This document shows positions 27,989 through 37,150 of a stretch of DNA of 64,000 nt, piece by piece. A program made the position numbers and the translations under genes. Each line of letters opens with the position of its first letter. Positions within the stretch are counted from its first letter, which is position 1. Where the stretch lies: NCBI GenBank assembly GCA_038065955.1, contig JBBTPY010000001.1, positions 92,061 to 156,060 of the forward strand, given 5' to 3'. The DNA is from Patescibacteria group bacterium. GTDB taxonomy: Bacteria; Patescibacteriota; Minisyncoccia; UBA6257; UBA9933. Under the pieces are notes generated by a model. The model did no database searches. It worked only from the letters and a program-made list of their open reading frames with translations, and was not told the DNA's origin.

Positions 27989-30417
27989 TTTTTTTCTTTT
28001 TGATAAACTTTCTGCGTTGTTTTAATAATCGTATCCGAATTCAAAGAAATGCTGTTAATCCCCTGTCCCACCAAAAATTCGGCGAATCCTTCTATATCCG
28101 ACGGCGCTTGACCGCAAATTCCGATGTATTTGCCTTTTTCTTTGCATTTTTTGATAACTTCGGAAATCAATTTTTTTACTGATTCGTCGTTTTCATTAGT
28201 AATGCCGCGAATCATTTCATTGCCGTCACGGTCAATGCCGACAGTTAACTGCGTCAAATCGTTTGAACCAATAGACATTCCGTCAAAAATTTCCAAAAAT
28301 TCATCGGCTAAAATGACATTTGAAGGAATTTCACACATGACATATACTTTGACTTTTGACATTTGACTTTTGACATTTGACTCTAAAAACAAACCGTTTT
28401 TTTTCATAATTTCCAAAACTTTTTTGCCTTCTTCCGGCGTCCGGCAAAACGGCACCATTACTTCCACATTATCCAAGCCCATCTCCTCGCGGACTTTTTT
28501 AACGGCTTTAAGTTCCAAAATAAACGCCGCCGCGAAATTCGGATGATAATATCTTGAAGCGCCGCGCCAGCCGATCATCGGATTTTCCTCCGACGGCTCG
28601 TACAATTCCCCGCCGATAAGCGTTCTGTATTCATTTGTTTTAAAATCAGAAAATCTTAAAATTACCGGTTTCGGATAAAAAGCCGCGCCAATTTTCGCGA
28701 TACCGTAAGCGAGCTTATCAACATAAAATTGAGTTTTGTCTTTGTAGCCAATAATTTTTTTATCAATCGCGTTTTTAATTTTCGCCGGCATTTTTTTATA
28801 ATTTATCAAAGCATTTGGGTGAATCCCGATATCTCCGGCGATAATAAATTCTTCTCTCGCCAATCCCACGCCGTCATTCGGCAAAAAAGATTTTTCAAAA
28901 GCGGTTTCCGGCGTGGCAATATTAAGCATTATTTTAGTTTTCGGCCGCGACAATTTTTTAATATCGTGTTCAATTATTTTGAATTTTAAAGCGCCATCAT
29001 AAACAAAACCATCGCTGCCGGTCGTATCAACCGTAATCATTTGGCCAGTTTTTATTTTTCGAGTGGCGCTTTCCGAACCGACAATACAAGGAATGCCAAG
29101 TTCGCGGCTTACTATTGCCGCATGAGATGTTCGTCCTCCTTTGTCCGTTACAATCGCCGAAGCGATTTTCATAATCGGTTCCCAATCCGGGTCTGTCATA
29201 TCAGTAATCAAAATTTCACCGACCTTAAATTGTCCGATATTTTTAGCGCCTAAAATTACACGCGCCTTACCCGTTGCGATTTTACTTCCAACCGATGCCC
29301 CTTTGACTAAAACATTTAACCTTTGACCTTTAACATCTGACAAAATATATTCTTTTATTTTGGAGAAATCGCGGCTGGCATGTATAGTTTCCGGTCTTGC
29401 CTGGACAATATATAACTCACCCGTTTTCCCATCCTTTGCCCACTCCATATCCATTGGCGTCCATTTGCCGTTTTTTGTCGAATAATGCTCTTCTATTAAA
29501 ATCCCCCATTTTGCCAGTTTTAAAATTTCGTCATCGCTTAAAACAAAACTTTCTTTTTCTTTTTGAGAAGTATTAATTATTTTCGTATTTTTAACGGAAA
29601 CGCCTTTGCCTTCCGAATAAATCATTTTTTGATTTTTAACGCCGAGTTTTTTATCAATAATCGCATTAGTTTTTTTGAAAACTAAAAATTCATCCGGCGT
29701 CACTTCTCCTTGAACAATCATTTCGCCAAGTCCCCATGAACCGTTTATCAAAACCGAATCCTTAAAACCGGATTCCGTGTCCAAAGTAAACATTACGCCG
29801 GAACAGCTCAAATCCGAGCGAATCATTTTTTGAACGCCGACCGATAAAGCGACTTTAAAATGGTCAAATCCTTTATCGACGCGATAAGAAACGGCGCGGT
29901 CGGTAAAAAGCGAAGCCATCGCCGATTTTACCGCTTTCAAAACTTCTTTGTCTCCGCGGATATTCAAATAAGTTTCATGCTCGCCGGCAAAAGAAGCGCC
30001 GGGCAAATCCTCGGCCGTGGCGCTTGAACGTACGGCAACATCAACGTTTTTGCCGTATTCTTTCTCTGTTTGCCGATACGCCTTAACAATTTCTTGTTTT
30101 AAATCATCCGGAAATTCCGCTTTTTTTATCGTTTCGCGGATAAGTTTTCCACGCCTTGATAAATCTTTTAAATTTTTTGTGTTTAAACCGCTAAGCGCCT
30201 CTTTTATAAATTTTTTCAATCTCATTTCTTCTAAAAAATAGCGATAAGCTTCCGCAGTAACAACAAACCCGCCCGGAATCTTTACTCCCTGCCTGCCGGC
30301 AGGCAGGCTTTTCGGCGTTAAATTTTGAATCATTTCGCCGAGAGAGGCGTTCTTTCCGCCCACCTCGGCAATGTCTTTTATGCCGACTTCGTTTAATTTT
30401 TTGATGAAAATTTTCAT
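27985..30417 (-). CDS. ppsA: Phosphoenolpyruvate synthase (pyruvate, water dikinase)
   Basis: GGKNASLGEM ATP-grasp N-terminus, central phosphohistidine domain, C-terminal PEP-utilising domain; start at MKIFIKKLNEVG; in-frame inserts VKSQMSKVKVYVM (octamer repeats 28336-28384) and a 22-bp perfect palindrome (30287-30308). Confidence 0.9.
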   Translation of the reverse strand: MKIFIKKLNEVGIKDIAEVGGKNASLGEMIQNLTPKSLPAGRQGVKIPGGFVVTAEAYRYFLEEMRLKKFIKEALSGLNTKNLKDLSRRGKLIRETIKKAEFPDDLKQEIVKAYRQTEKEYGKNVDVAVRSSATAEDLPGASFAGEHETYLNIRGDKEVLKAVKSAMASLFTDRAVSYRVDKGFDHFKVALSVGVQKMIRSDLSCSGVMFTLDTESGFKDSVLINGSWGLGEMIVQGEVTPDEFLVFKKTNAIIDKKLGVKNQKMIYSEGKGVSVKNTKIINTSQKEKESFVLSDDEILKLAKWGILIEEHYSTKNGKWTPMDMEWAKDGKTGELYIVQARPETIHASRDFSKIKEYILSDVKGQRLNVLVKGASVGSKIATGKARVILGAKNIGQFKVGEILITDMTDPDWEPIMKIASAIVTDKGGRTSHAAIVSRELGIPCIVGSESATRKIKTGQMITVDTTGSDGFVYDGALKFKIIEHDIKKLSRPKTKIMLNIATPETAFEKSFLPNDGVGLAREEFIIAGDIGIHPNALINYKKMPAKIKNAIDKKIIGYKDKTQFYVDKLAYGIAKIGAAFYPKPVILRFSDFKTNEYRTLIGGELYEPSEENPMIGWRGASRYYHPNFAAAFILELKAVKKVREEMGLDNVEVMVPFCRTPEEGKKVLEIMKKNGLFLESNVKSQMSKVKVYVMCEIPSNVILADEFLEIFDGMSIGSNDLTQLTVGIDRDGNEMIRGITNENDESVKKLISEVIKKCKEKGKYIGICGQAPSDIEGFAEFLVGQGINSISLNSDTIIKTTQKVYQKEKK

Positions 30418-30471
30418 ATTTAAAAAATAATTTTTAATAAAGCGATAAAAGCTATTAACGACCAAATAAAA

Positions 30472-30660
30472 TTAAGCGCTGCTGGTTGGTATGTTTTTTT
30501 TCAATAAAGAAATAGCAATAATTCCGATTGCTCCGCTAAAATTTAAAATTTGATATGTTGCGCTTTCCGCGCCGATTATTCCAAAACTAATAAAAAGATA
30601 AGCTATTAAAATTGCTAATACGCCATACCAACCGATAATTTCAATAAATAATTTATTCAT
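30472..30660 (-). CDS. Small hypothetical membrane protein (62 aa)
   Basis: Two hydrophobic helices; no motif. Confidence 0.35.
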   Translation of the reverse strand: MNKLFIEIIGWYGVLAILIAYLFISFGIIGAESATYQILNFSGAIGIIAISLLKKNIPTSSA

Positions 30661-30695
30661 TTGTTTTTATTATACATCATTAAAACAAAAAAAAT

Positions 30696-30719
30696 AATCC
30701 CCAGAATTTTCTGGGGATT
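30696..30719. terminator. Bidirectional rho-independent terminator
   Basis: aatccccagaattttctggggatt hairpin flanked by A and T runs. Confidence 0.65.
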
Positions 30720-30722
30720 ATT

Positions 30723-31286
30723 TTATATCTTCCCGACTAAATCCAACCCGGGTTTTAAAGTTTTTCCGCCGGGCTTCCAGCTCGCCGGGCAAACCAGGCC
30801 TTTGTTGTCCCTGACGAATTTTGCCGCCTGAAGTTTTCTTAAAATCTCGGCCGCGCTTCTGCCGATACTGTTGTCGTGAATCTCGCAGGCTTTTAAAACC
30901 CCGTCCGGGTCAATAATAAAACTCCCCCGCAACGACAATCCCTCTTCTTCAATATAAGTACCGAATTCTCTACAAAGTTTTCCGGTCGGGTCGGCCGCCA
31001 TCGGATATTTGATTTTCTTGATGGCCGGCGAAGTGTCATGCCACGCCTTATGAGCAAAAACCGTATCCGTGCTTACGCTCATTATTTCCGCGCCGCTTTT
31101 TTTAAATTCTTCGTAATGTTCCGCCGCTTCTTCCAATTCCGTCGGACAAATAAAAGTGAAATCCGCCGGATAAAACAGCAATACAAGCCATTTGCCGCGG
31201 TAATTTGATAGTTTTACTTTTTTGATTTCCTCGTTTTGAAAAGTTTCCAATTCAAAATCTGAAATCGTTTGGCCAATTTTAACCAT
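30723..31286 (-). CDS. Peroxiredoxin (Prx/AhpC-like)
   Basis: 187 aa; FTFICPTEL peroxidatic Cys motif. Confidence 0.85.
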   Translation of the reverse strand: MVKIGQTISDFELETFQNEEIKKVKLSNYRGKWLVLLFYPADFTFICPTELEEAAEHYEEFKKSGAEIMSVSTDTVFAHKAWHDTSPAIKKIKYPMAADPTGKLCREFGTYIEEEGLSLRGSFIIDPDGVLKACEIHDNSIGRSAAEILRKLQAAKFVRDNKGLVCPASWKPGGKTLKPGLDLVGKI

Positions 31287-31323
31287 TTTTATTTTACATT
31301 TATAAATTTATGCGACTTTTCTA

Positions 31324-32913
31324 TTATTTTTTATTTTTCTTTTTCAGTTTCGGTTTTGACTTTGATTTCGGTTTCTTTTTATTGGACATAATTATTTTAT
31401 AATTTTTAAAACGACCTTTTATTAGTTCATTATTTGATATTTTTAATATTACCATCAAATCCGCCACATTGAAACATTTTTGCTCGGCATATATCAAGTC
31501 GCCGGTTTTTTTGAAGAAATTGAAAGAGTCGTGGTTTTTTAAAAATTCTTCCGGTTTTAATTTTAATTTTTTCGCTTTTTCCAAAGTCAAAGAATCGCCG
31601 ATAGCTCCGGCGGCCTCGGTATTGTCGCGAGCGTCTGAAGTAAAAGAAATAAAAACTGAATCCTGATACAAAGCATTTAACATTTGACATTTGACTAGCG
31701 CACCGAGCACTGCTTCCTGATTGCGCCCGCCTTTGCCCTGAACCGCGCCGAAGGGCTTGCCCTGAACCGCGCCGAAGGGCTTGCCCTGAACCGCGCCGAA
31801 GGGCTTGCCCTGAACCGCGCCGAAGGGCTTGCCCAATTCATAATTCATAATTCCTGCCTGCCCCGTAGCGAACTTGTTCTGCTTCGGGGATTCGTGATTC
31901 AAATTTACAGTCGTTTCTCCGGCAGCGATTAAAACTTCATTTGTCTTAATTTTCGCTATCATTGATGATAGCGCCGCGCTTGCTTCTCCTTCCAGCGCTA
32001 AGGAGTGAATTTTTGATTTAAAACCCAATTCTTCGGCTTTATTCATCATTGCCATAACCGCGTCCTGATTGCAGACAAATAAAATATTGTCAACTTTCTT
32101 AAAATATTTTTGCTCTTTAGGCGTTTCGCTTAAATGAAATTTTCCCGCGTCAATTCCGTATTTTTTCAAAATATTTTCGGCATCAATCTTAGTCGTTTTA
32201 TCAAAGACCGTCGGGCCGGAAGCAACCATTGATAAATCATTGCCGCAAACATCGGAAACAATCAAAGAAACGACTTTTGCCGGATAAGCTTCCATAGTCA
32301 GCCCGCCGCCCTTAAATCTCGCTCCTGACAAATGCTTGCGAACGGCATTAAGCTCTGAAATGGCGGCTCCTGATTTGGTTAATTCTTTAATCGCCGAAAT
32401 TGATTCATTAAGCTCGGATTCGGAAGCGCAAGCCAAAGCCGAACCGCCGCCGCAAATAAAAGTAATGAGTAAATCGTCTTTATTCAAACTTTTCGCCAGT
32501 TTAATGATTTCTTGAGTGGCAATAATATTTTGTTCAGAGGGGAAAGGATGAGTTCCCTTAAAACATCTGACATTTGACTTCTGACCTTTGACAATAAAAA
32601 TATCCAGCGCGATGCCGCGAACCAATTTTTCACCTAAAATTTCAGCCAAATTTGAAACCGCCAAAGCGGAACCCTTCCCGACACCGACAATGAAAATCCG
32701 CTTAAAATCGTTTAAATTAATTTTAAGCGAATTTTTGGCGCTACCGCTCGCGCCAACATATTCAATAATTTCTAAAACGCCGTTTTTTATCTTAATCCGG
32801 TTTTTAATGATTTTTTCAATCTCAATCGCCTCATAACCAGCCTCTGCGATTTGAAGCGTCTTTTTTCTTAAATCATTTTTCGCCAGATTTTTTAAATTAG
32901 TGATTATTGACAT
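31324..32913 (-). CDS. Glycerate 2-kinase, MOFRL family (GckA/TtuD-like)
   Basis: GVGKGSALAV, GGGSAL, GETTV and GGRNQE motifs; four in-frame tandem copies of GKPFGAVQ from a 24-bp GC-rich repeat (31733-31833); Lys-rich C-terminal tail. Confidence 0.75.
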   Translation of the reverse strand: MSIITNLKNLAKNDLRKKTLQIAEAGYEAIEIEKIIKNRIKIKNGVLEIIEYVGASGSAKNSLKINLNDFKRIFIVGVGKGSALAVSNLAEILGEKLVRGIALDIFIVKGQKSNVRCFKGTHPFPSEQNIIATQEIIKLAKSLNKDDLLITFICGGGSALACASESELNESISAIKELTKSGAAISELNAVRKHLSGARFKGGGLTMEAYPAKVVSLIVSDVCGNDLSMVASGPTVFDKTTKIDAENILKKYGIDAGKFHLSETPKEQKYFKKVDNILFVCNQDAVMAMMNKAEELGFKSKIHSLALEGEASAALSSMIAKIKTNEVLIAAGETTVNLNHESPKQNKFATGQAGIMNYELGKPFGAVQGKPFGAVQGKPFGAVQGKPFGAVQGKGGRNQEAVLGALVKCQMLNALYQDSVFISFTSDARDNTEAAGAIGDSLTLEKAKKLKLKPEEFLKNHDSFNFFKKTGDLIYAEQKCFNVADLMVILKISNNELIKGRFKNYKIIMSNKKKPKSKSKPKLKKKNKK

Positions 32914-32933
32914 TGATTTAATTTAATTTTATC

Positions 32934-33089
32934 TTAGTTTTTCCCCCACAATTTTTTCTCGGATTCTTTTGCCAATCTTTCGGCATTTTCTTTTTCCCAT
33001 TCGCTCCAATCATTTATATTGCCGCCTTCAACCTGATGAGCCGAAGTTGCCGCTCCCCAATAAAAATTCTTCGGAAATTGAAAATTCAT
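32934..33089 (-). pseudogene. Remnant of a glycoside hydrolase family 1 (beta-glucosidase) gene, N-terminal 51 codons only
   Basis: MNFQFPKNFYWGAATSAHQVEGGNINDWSEWEK... matches the GH1 N-terminal signature FP..F.WG.AT.A.Q.EG, then stops. Confidence 0.5.
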
Positions 33090-33093
33090 AAAT

Positions 33094-33417
33094 TTATCCA
33101 GTTTCTTCTAAAAATATCTTTTTTTCAAAGCCGCCGCGCTCTTGTTTTCTTTCTTCTTTTGTTTTCAAAATTTGATTTTTATTCAAATCAAAAGCTTTTT
33201 CCATGGCTTCAATCACTTCTAAAATATCGCCGATTTCTTTTAATAAATCATTGTTATTTCCCGTTAAAACCACCTCCTGAACTTCTTCAACTAATTTCTT
33301 TTTTAATTCTTTTTTATATTCTTCGTTGTCCAGTATCCTTATTTTCGGCTTTTCGCCATCATTTTCAATAATTTCTGGAATTTTATCTCTTACTAATTTA
33401 TTGTAAATTTTCACCAT
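33094..33417 (-). CDS. MazG-like nucleotide pyrophosphohydrolase (small all-alpha NTP-PPase)
   Basis: 107 aa; KLVRDKIPEII ... EEVQEV...EIGDILEVIEAM pattern of MazG/PRA-PH-like house-cleaning enzymes. Confidence 0.6.
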   Translation of the reverse strand: MVKIYNKLVRDKIPEIIENDGEKPKIRILDNEEYKKELKKKLVEEVQEVVLTGNNNDLLKEIGDILEVIEAMEKAFDLNKNQILKTKEERKQERGGFEKKIFLEETG

Positions 33418-33475
33418 AAAATTTTATATTTTTATTCCAAAATTCTTGAGAATATTGGAATAAACTATTATTTTG

Positions 33476-36400
33476 TTAAATCTTCTTTATGCCGAGCCAA
33501 ATTTCTGAATCGTCAATTTTCGTTTCCGATTCAACGGTAAATTTATCTGTTTTCGCGAATTCAATTTTTTTGGCGCCCACTTCGGTTTTAAGATTCTCCA
33601 TATTCTTGCTTATCAATTTTTGAAAATAATCGTCGGCGTGAATATTTAAAATAATCACGTCTTTTGGAATAAAATCGGCTTCTTTGCGCAAATCTTGAAT
33701 GACGCGCGTCAATTCGCGCAATTGTCCTTCAGCTTTTAATTCCGGCGTAATATTTATGTCTAATTCAACATCGCTCGCGATATTTTTGTCAAAAATAATT
33801 TCTTTGACATTCACCTCATCTTTAATCAATTCCAATAATTCTTTATTATTCTTGATACCTAATACTTGATACTTGATACTTATTTTTGCGAGCGGCTGCC
33901 GGACTTTTATGCCCGATTTCTGCCGCGCGTCTAAGCCAAGCGAACAAATTTTCCGCGTTTCCGCCATCATCTCAATCAATTTTTTATCAATTTTCGGTTT
34001 ACCCGCCGAAGTTTTAACGAAGGCGGGCCATTTTTCTAAATGAACTGATTCTATATTTCTAACACCTGACACCTGACACTTGACACTTTGATACAACGTT
34101 TCGCTGATAAACGGCGCAAAAGGCGCGCTCGCTTTTGAAAATTCAGATAAAACAAATCGAGTTGTCGCAATGGCATTTTGCTTATCTCTGCCTTCTGTTT
34201 TAAATCTTTCACGCGAGCGCCTGATATACCAAGTGGATAAATCGTCAATAAATTCTCCAAGCGGCCGGCTGGCTTTATCAAGTTCGTAATTATCCATCGC
34301 CTCGGACACTTCTTTAATTAGTTGTTTAAGCCGCGTCAAAATCCAAATATCCAAAATATTTTTACCTGACACCTGACGCTTGACACTTAACACCTTCTTA
34401 TCCGCGTATAAATCGTAAAATTGATAAACATTCCAAAGACGCATAATTATTTTTTTATAAACCTCATCAACGCCTTTTTCGGAAAAATTCAAATCTTCTC
34501 CGCGCACCGCCGGCGATGACAAAAGATAAAGCCGCAATGCGTCGGCGCCGTATTTTCCAACAATCTCCATCGGGTCCGGATAATTTTTTAGACGCTTGCT
34601 CATCTTTTGGCCGTCTTCGGCAAGAATAATGCCGTTAACAATCACATTTTTATAAGCCGGCTTATTAAACAGCCCCGTTGAAAGAACTAAAAGCGTATAA
34701 AACCAGCCGCGCGTCTGGTCAATGCCCTCGGCGATAAATTCAGCTGGAAATCCGAATTTTTGATTATTCTCAAACGGATAATGCGCCTGTCCGTAAGGCA
34801 TTGAACCGGATTCAAACCAACAGTCAAAAACTTCCGGGACTCGACGCATTTCTCCGCCGCAGGAACAAGTAAATTTCATTTCATCAATATACGGCCGATG
34901 CAAATCAAGCTCATAATTTTGATTATGAGGAAGCGGAATAAAATCCAATTTTTTTACTTCTCCGGTTTTTATAAAATCATCTGATTTATTTATTCGTGTG
35001 TGCCCATTCGTTAAGGCTTTCGCATACTTAATTTCCACGGCTTTTTTCGCATCGGCGCCGACAGTGGCGGCAAAAAACAACCAAATCGGATACTCGTGAG
35101 AAACGATTAAAATATTTTTATTTTGATATTTATTTTCAATTTCATACAAAAATTCCGCGACCCGATTTTTTAATTCCGTAAGATTTTCGCCCTCCGGCGG
35201 CGTTTTATAAAATTTCTCTTCAAGCGGCGCGAAATTCCGGTATTCTTCAATTTTTTTCCCGTCAATAATTCCAGTATTGACCTCTCTTAACCGTTTGTCA
35301 AAAATTATTTTCCCTTCCCAACCGATTGCCTTTACGGCAAGCTCGGCGGTTTCTTTGGCGCGGCGAAAATCAGAGACGAAAATAAAATCAATTTTTTCTT
35401 TTTTTATTTTTTTTGCCACCGCTAAAACCTGTTTTTTCCCTTTTTCCGTAAGAGAAAATTTATCTTTATTTTTAACGCTTGTATTAACGACGCCTAACGT
35501 GTTATTTTCTCCTTCGCCGTGGCGCATCATAAAATATCTGTTGCCGGACTTTTCCGTTTTTCTTTTTATATCATCTAAAGAGCCGATTATTTCCAAATTA
35601 TCACATCTCTCGCATTTCCAAGCCGGCAAAGGCGCTCCCCAAAATCTTGAACGCGAAATCGCCCAATCGCGCGCCCCTTCCAGCCATTTGCCGAAACGGC
35701 CGTCCCTGATGTGTTTTGGTATCCAGTTTATTTTTTTATTATTGGCAATCAGTTTATTTTTTATCTCTTCAACTTTAACGAACCAAGAACTTGCCGCGTA
35801 ATTTAAAAGCGGCGTGTCGCAACGCCAACAATGCGGATAAGAATGGATAATTTTTTCTTTTTTGAAAAGTTTGTTTTCCTTGGCGAGCCATTTAATTATT
35901 TCAATGTCAGTCGCTTGCGAATTTTCTTTCGGTTTTACGGACAATCCGACGAAATCTTTTACTTCCGACTTAAATTTTCCGTCTATCCCAACGTGCTGAA
36001 TAAACGGCAAATTTTCTTTTTTCGCCAAATTCATATCGTCTTCGCCAAAAGCCGGCGCAATATGAACTATACCGGTGCCCTCATTAGTTGTTACAAAATC
36101 ATCGGCGTAAATTTTCCAGCCGTTTTCACAATTTTTTAAATTTTTATCTTCTGCGTAATAATTAAAAAGCGGTTTGTATTTTTTACCGATTAAATCTTTA
36201 CCTTTAATAGGCAATCCAATAAGAGTAGTTTCTCCTTCAAATGGAAATGTTTTTACTAAAAGATTTTCGGCAACAATAAAAAATTCGTTTTTTATTTTTA
36301 CTTTTCCATATTTAATATCCGGATTTACCGCAAGCGCCACGTTCCCCGGTAGCGTCCAAGGAGTTGTCGTCCAAGCTAAAACAAAAGTGTTTGGTTCATC

Positions 36401-37045
36401 TTCTAATTCAAATTTAGCGACAACCGAAATATCGGTTATATCTTTATATCCCTGCGTCACTTCAAAATTCGCCAAAGTTGTTTCGCATCGCGGGCAAAGA
36501 TGCATCGGCTTATATCCCTCATAAATAAGCCCTTTATTAAAAAGCGACTTAAAAACCCACCAGACGGATTCCGTATAAGTCCAATCCATCGTTTTATAAT
36601 CGTTTTCCATGTCAATCCAGCGGCCGACTCGGGGAATTATTTTTTTCCATTCGTCCCTGTATTCCAAAACCGCGCCTTCGGCGGCTTCGTTGAATTTTTC
36701 AATGCCGATTCGCTCTATGTCTTTTTTCGTTTTCAATCCGAGTTTTTTCTCTATTTCATTTTCAATCGGCAAGCCGTGGCAATCCCAGCCCCAACGGCGA
36801 GGAACTTTTTTACCTTTCATCGCCTGATATCTCGGCACCGCGTCTTTTATGATTGACGCTAAAATATGGCCGTAATGCGGCAAGCCGGTGGCAAAAGGCG
36901 GCCCGTCATAAAAAACAAAACCGCCTTTCGGTTTTTTACCGGCGGGCTTTTCAATGGATTTTTCGAAAATCTTATTTTTTTGCCAAAATTTTAAAATTTC
37001 TTCTTCTAATTTATTGATATTAAATTTTTCCCTATTTTCGGACAT
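33476..37045 (-). CDS. ileS: Isoleucyl-tRNA synthetase with an embedded histidine-phosphatase (PGM-like) domain
   Basis: HIGH-class motifs (PPFATGLPHYGH, KMSKRLKNYPDP) and CWRCDTP/CERCD zinc knuckles; about 230 extra residues between CERCDNLEIIGS and DLHRPYIDE include RYFMMRHGEGENN (RHGE catalytic signature) and LIVSHEYPI; also carries octamer-repeat inserts. Confidence 0.9.
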   Translation of the reverse strand: MSENREKFNINKLEEEILKFWQKNKIFEKSIEKPAGKKPKGGFVFYDGPPFATGLPHYGHILASIIKDAVPRYQAMKGKKVPRRWGWDCHGLPIENEIEKKLGLKTKKDIERIGIEKFNEAAEGAVLEYRDEWKKIIPRVGRWIDMENDYKTMDWTYTESVWWVFKSLFNKGLIYEGYKPMHLCPRCETTLANFEVTQGYKDITDISVVAKFELEDEPNTFVLAWTTTPWTLPGNVALAVNPDIKYGKVKIKNEFFIVAENLLVKTFPFEGETTLIGLPIKGKDLIGKKYKPLFNYYAEDKNLKNCENGWKIYADDFVTTNEGTGIVHIAPAFGEDDMNLAKKENLPFIQHVGIDGKFKSEVKDFVGLSVKPKENSQATDIEIIKWLAKENKLFKKEKIIHSYPHCWRCDTPLLNYAASSWFVKVEEIKNKLIANNKKINWIPKHIRDGRFGKWLEGARDWAISRSRFWGAPLPAWKCERCDNLEIIGSLDDIKRKTEKSGNRYFMMRHGEGENNTLGVVNTSVKNKDKFSLTEKGKKQVLAVAKKIKKEKIDFIFVSDFRRAKETAELAVKAIGWEGKIIFDKRLREVNTGIIDGKKIEEYRNFAPLEEKFYKTPPEGENLTELKNRVAEFLYEIENKYQNKNILIVSHEYPIWLFFAATVGADAKKAVEIKYAKALTNGHTRINKSDDFIKTGEVKKLDFIPLPHNQNYELDLHRPYIDEMKFTCSCGGEMRRVPEVFDCWFESGSMPYGQAHYPFENNQKFGFPAEFIAEGIDQTRGWFYTLLVLSTGLFNKPAYKNVIVNGIILAEDGQKMSKRLKNYPDPMEIVGKYGADALRLYLLSSPAVRGEDLNFSEKGVDEVYKKIIMRLWNVYQFYDLYADKKVLSVKRQVSGKNILDIWILTRLKQLIKEVSEAMDNYELDKASRPLGEFIDDLSTWYIRRSRERFKTEGRDKQNAIATTRFVLSEFSKASAPFAPFISETLYQSVKCQVSGVRNIESVHLEKWPAFVKTSAGKPKIDKKLIEMMAETRKICSLGLDARQKSGIKVRQPLAKISIKYQVLGIKNNKELLELIKDEVNVKEIIFDKNIASDVELDINITPELKAEGQLRELTRVIQDLRKEADFIPKDVIILNIHADDYFQKLISKNMENLKTEVGAKKIEFAKTDKFTVESETKIDDSEIWLGIKKI

Positions 37046-37150
37046 TTTGATATTCTAACATAAAAATTTTTAATAAAAAATGTCTTAATTTATAAAATTT
37101 TCAAAAAAAGAGGGCGAGATTGAATTCTCGCCCATAGTTAAATAACTACC

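Noticed and set aside
28336-28384. CRISPR array hypothesis for the regularly spaced TGACATTT-type repeats
   Set aside because: Period is 8 bp with no spacers. Arrays are tiny and lie inside intact ORFs. No cas genes are present in the window.
35277-36856. Multiple 100-170-aa plus-strand ORFs
   Set aside because: All antisense within ileS; low-complexity, no motifs.
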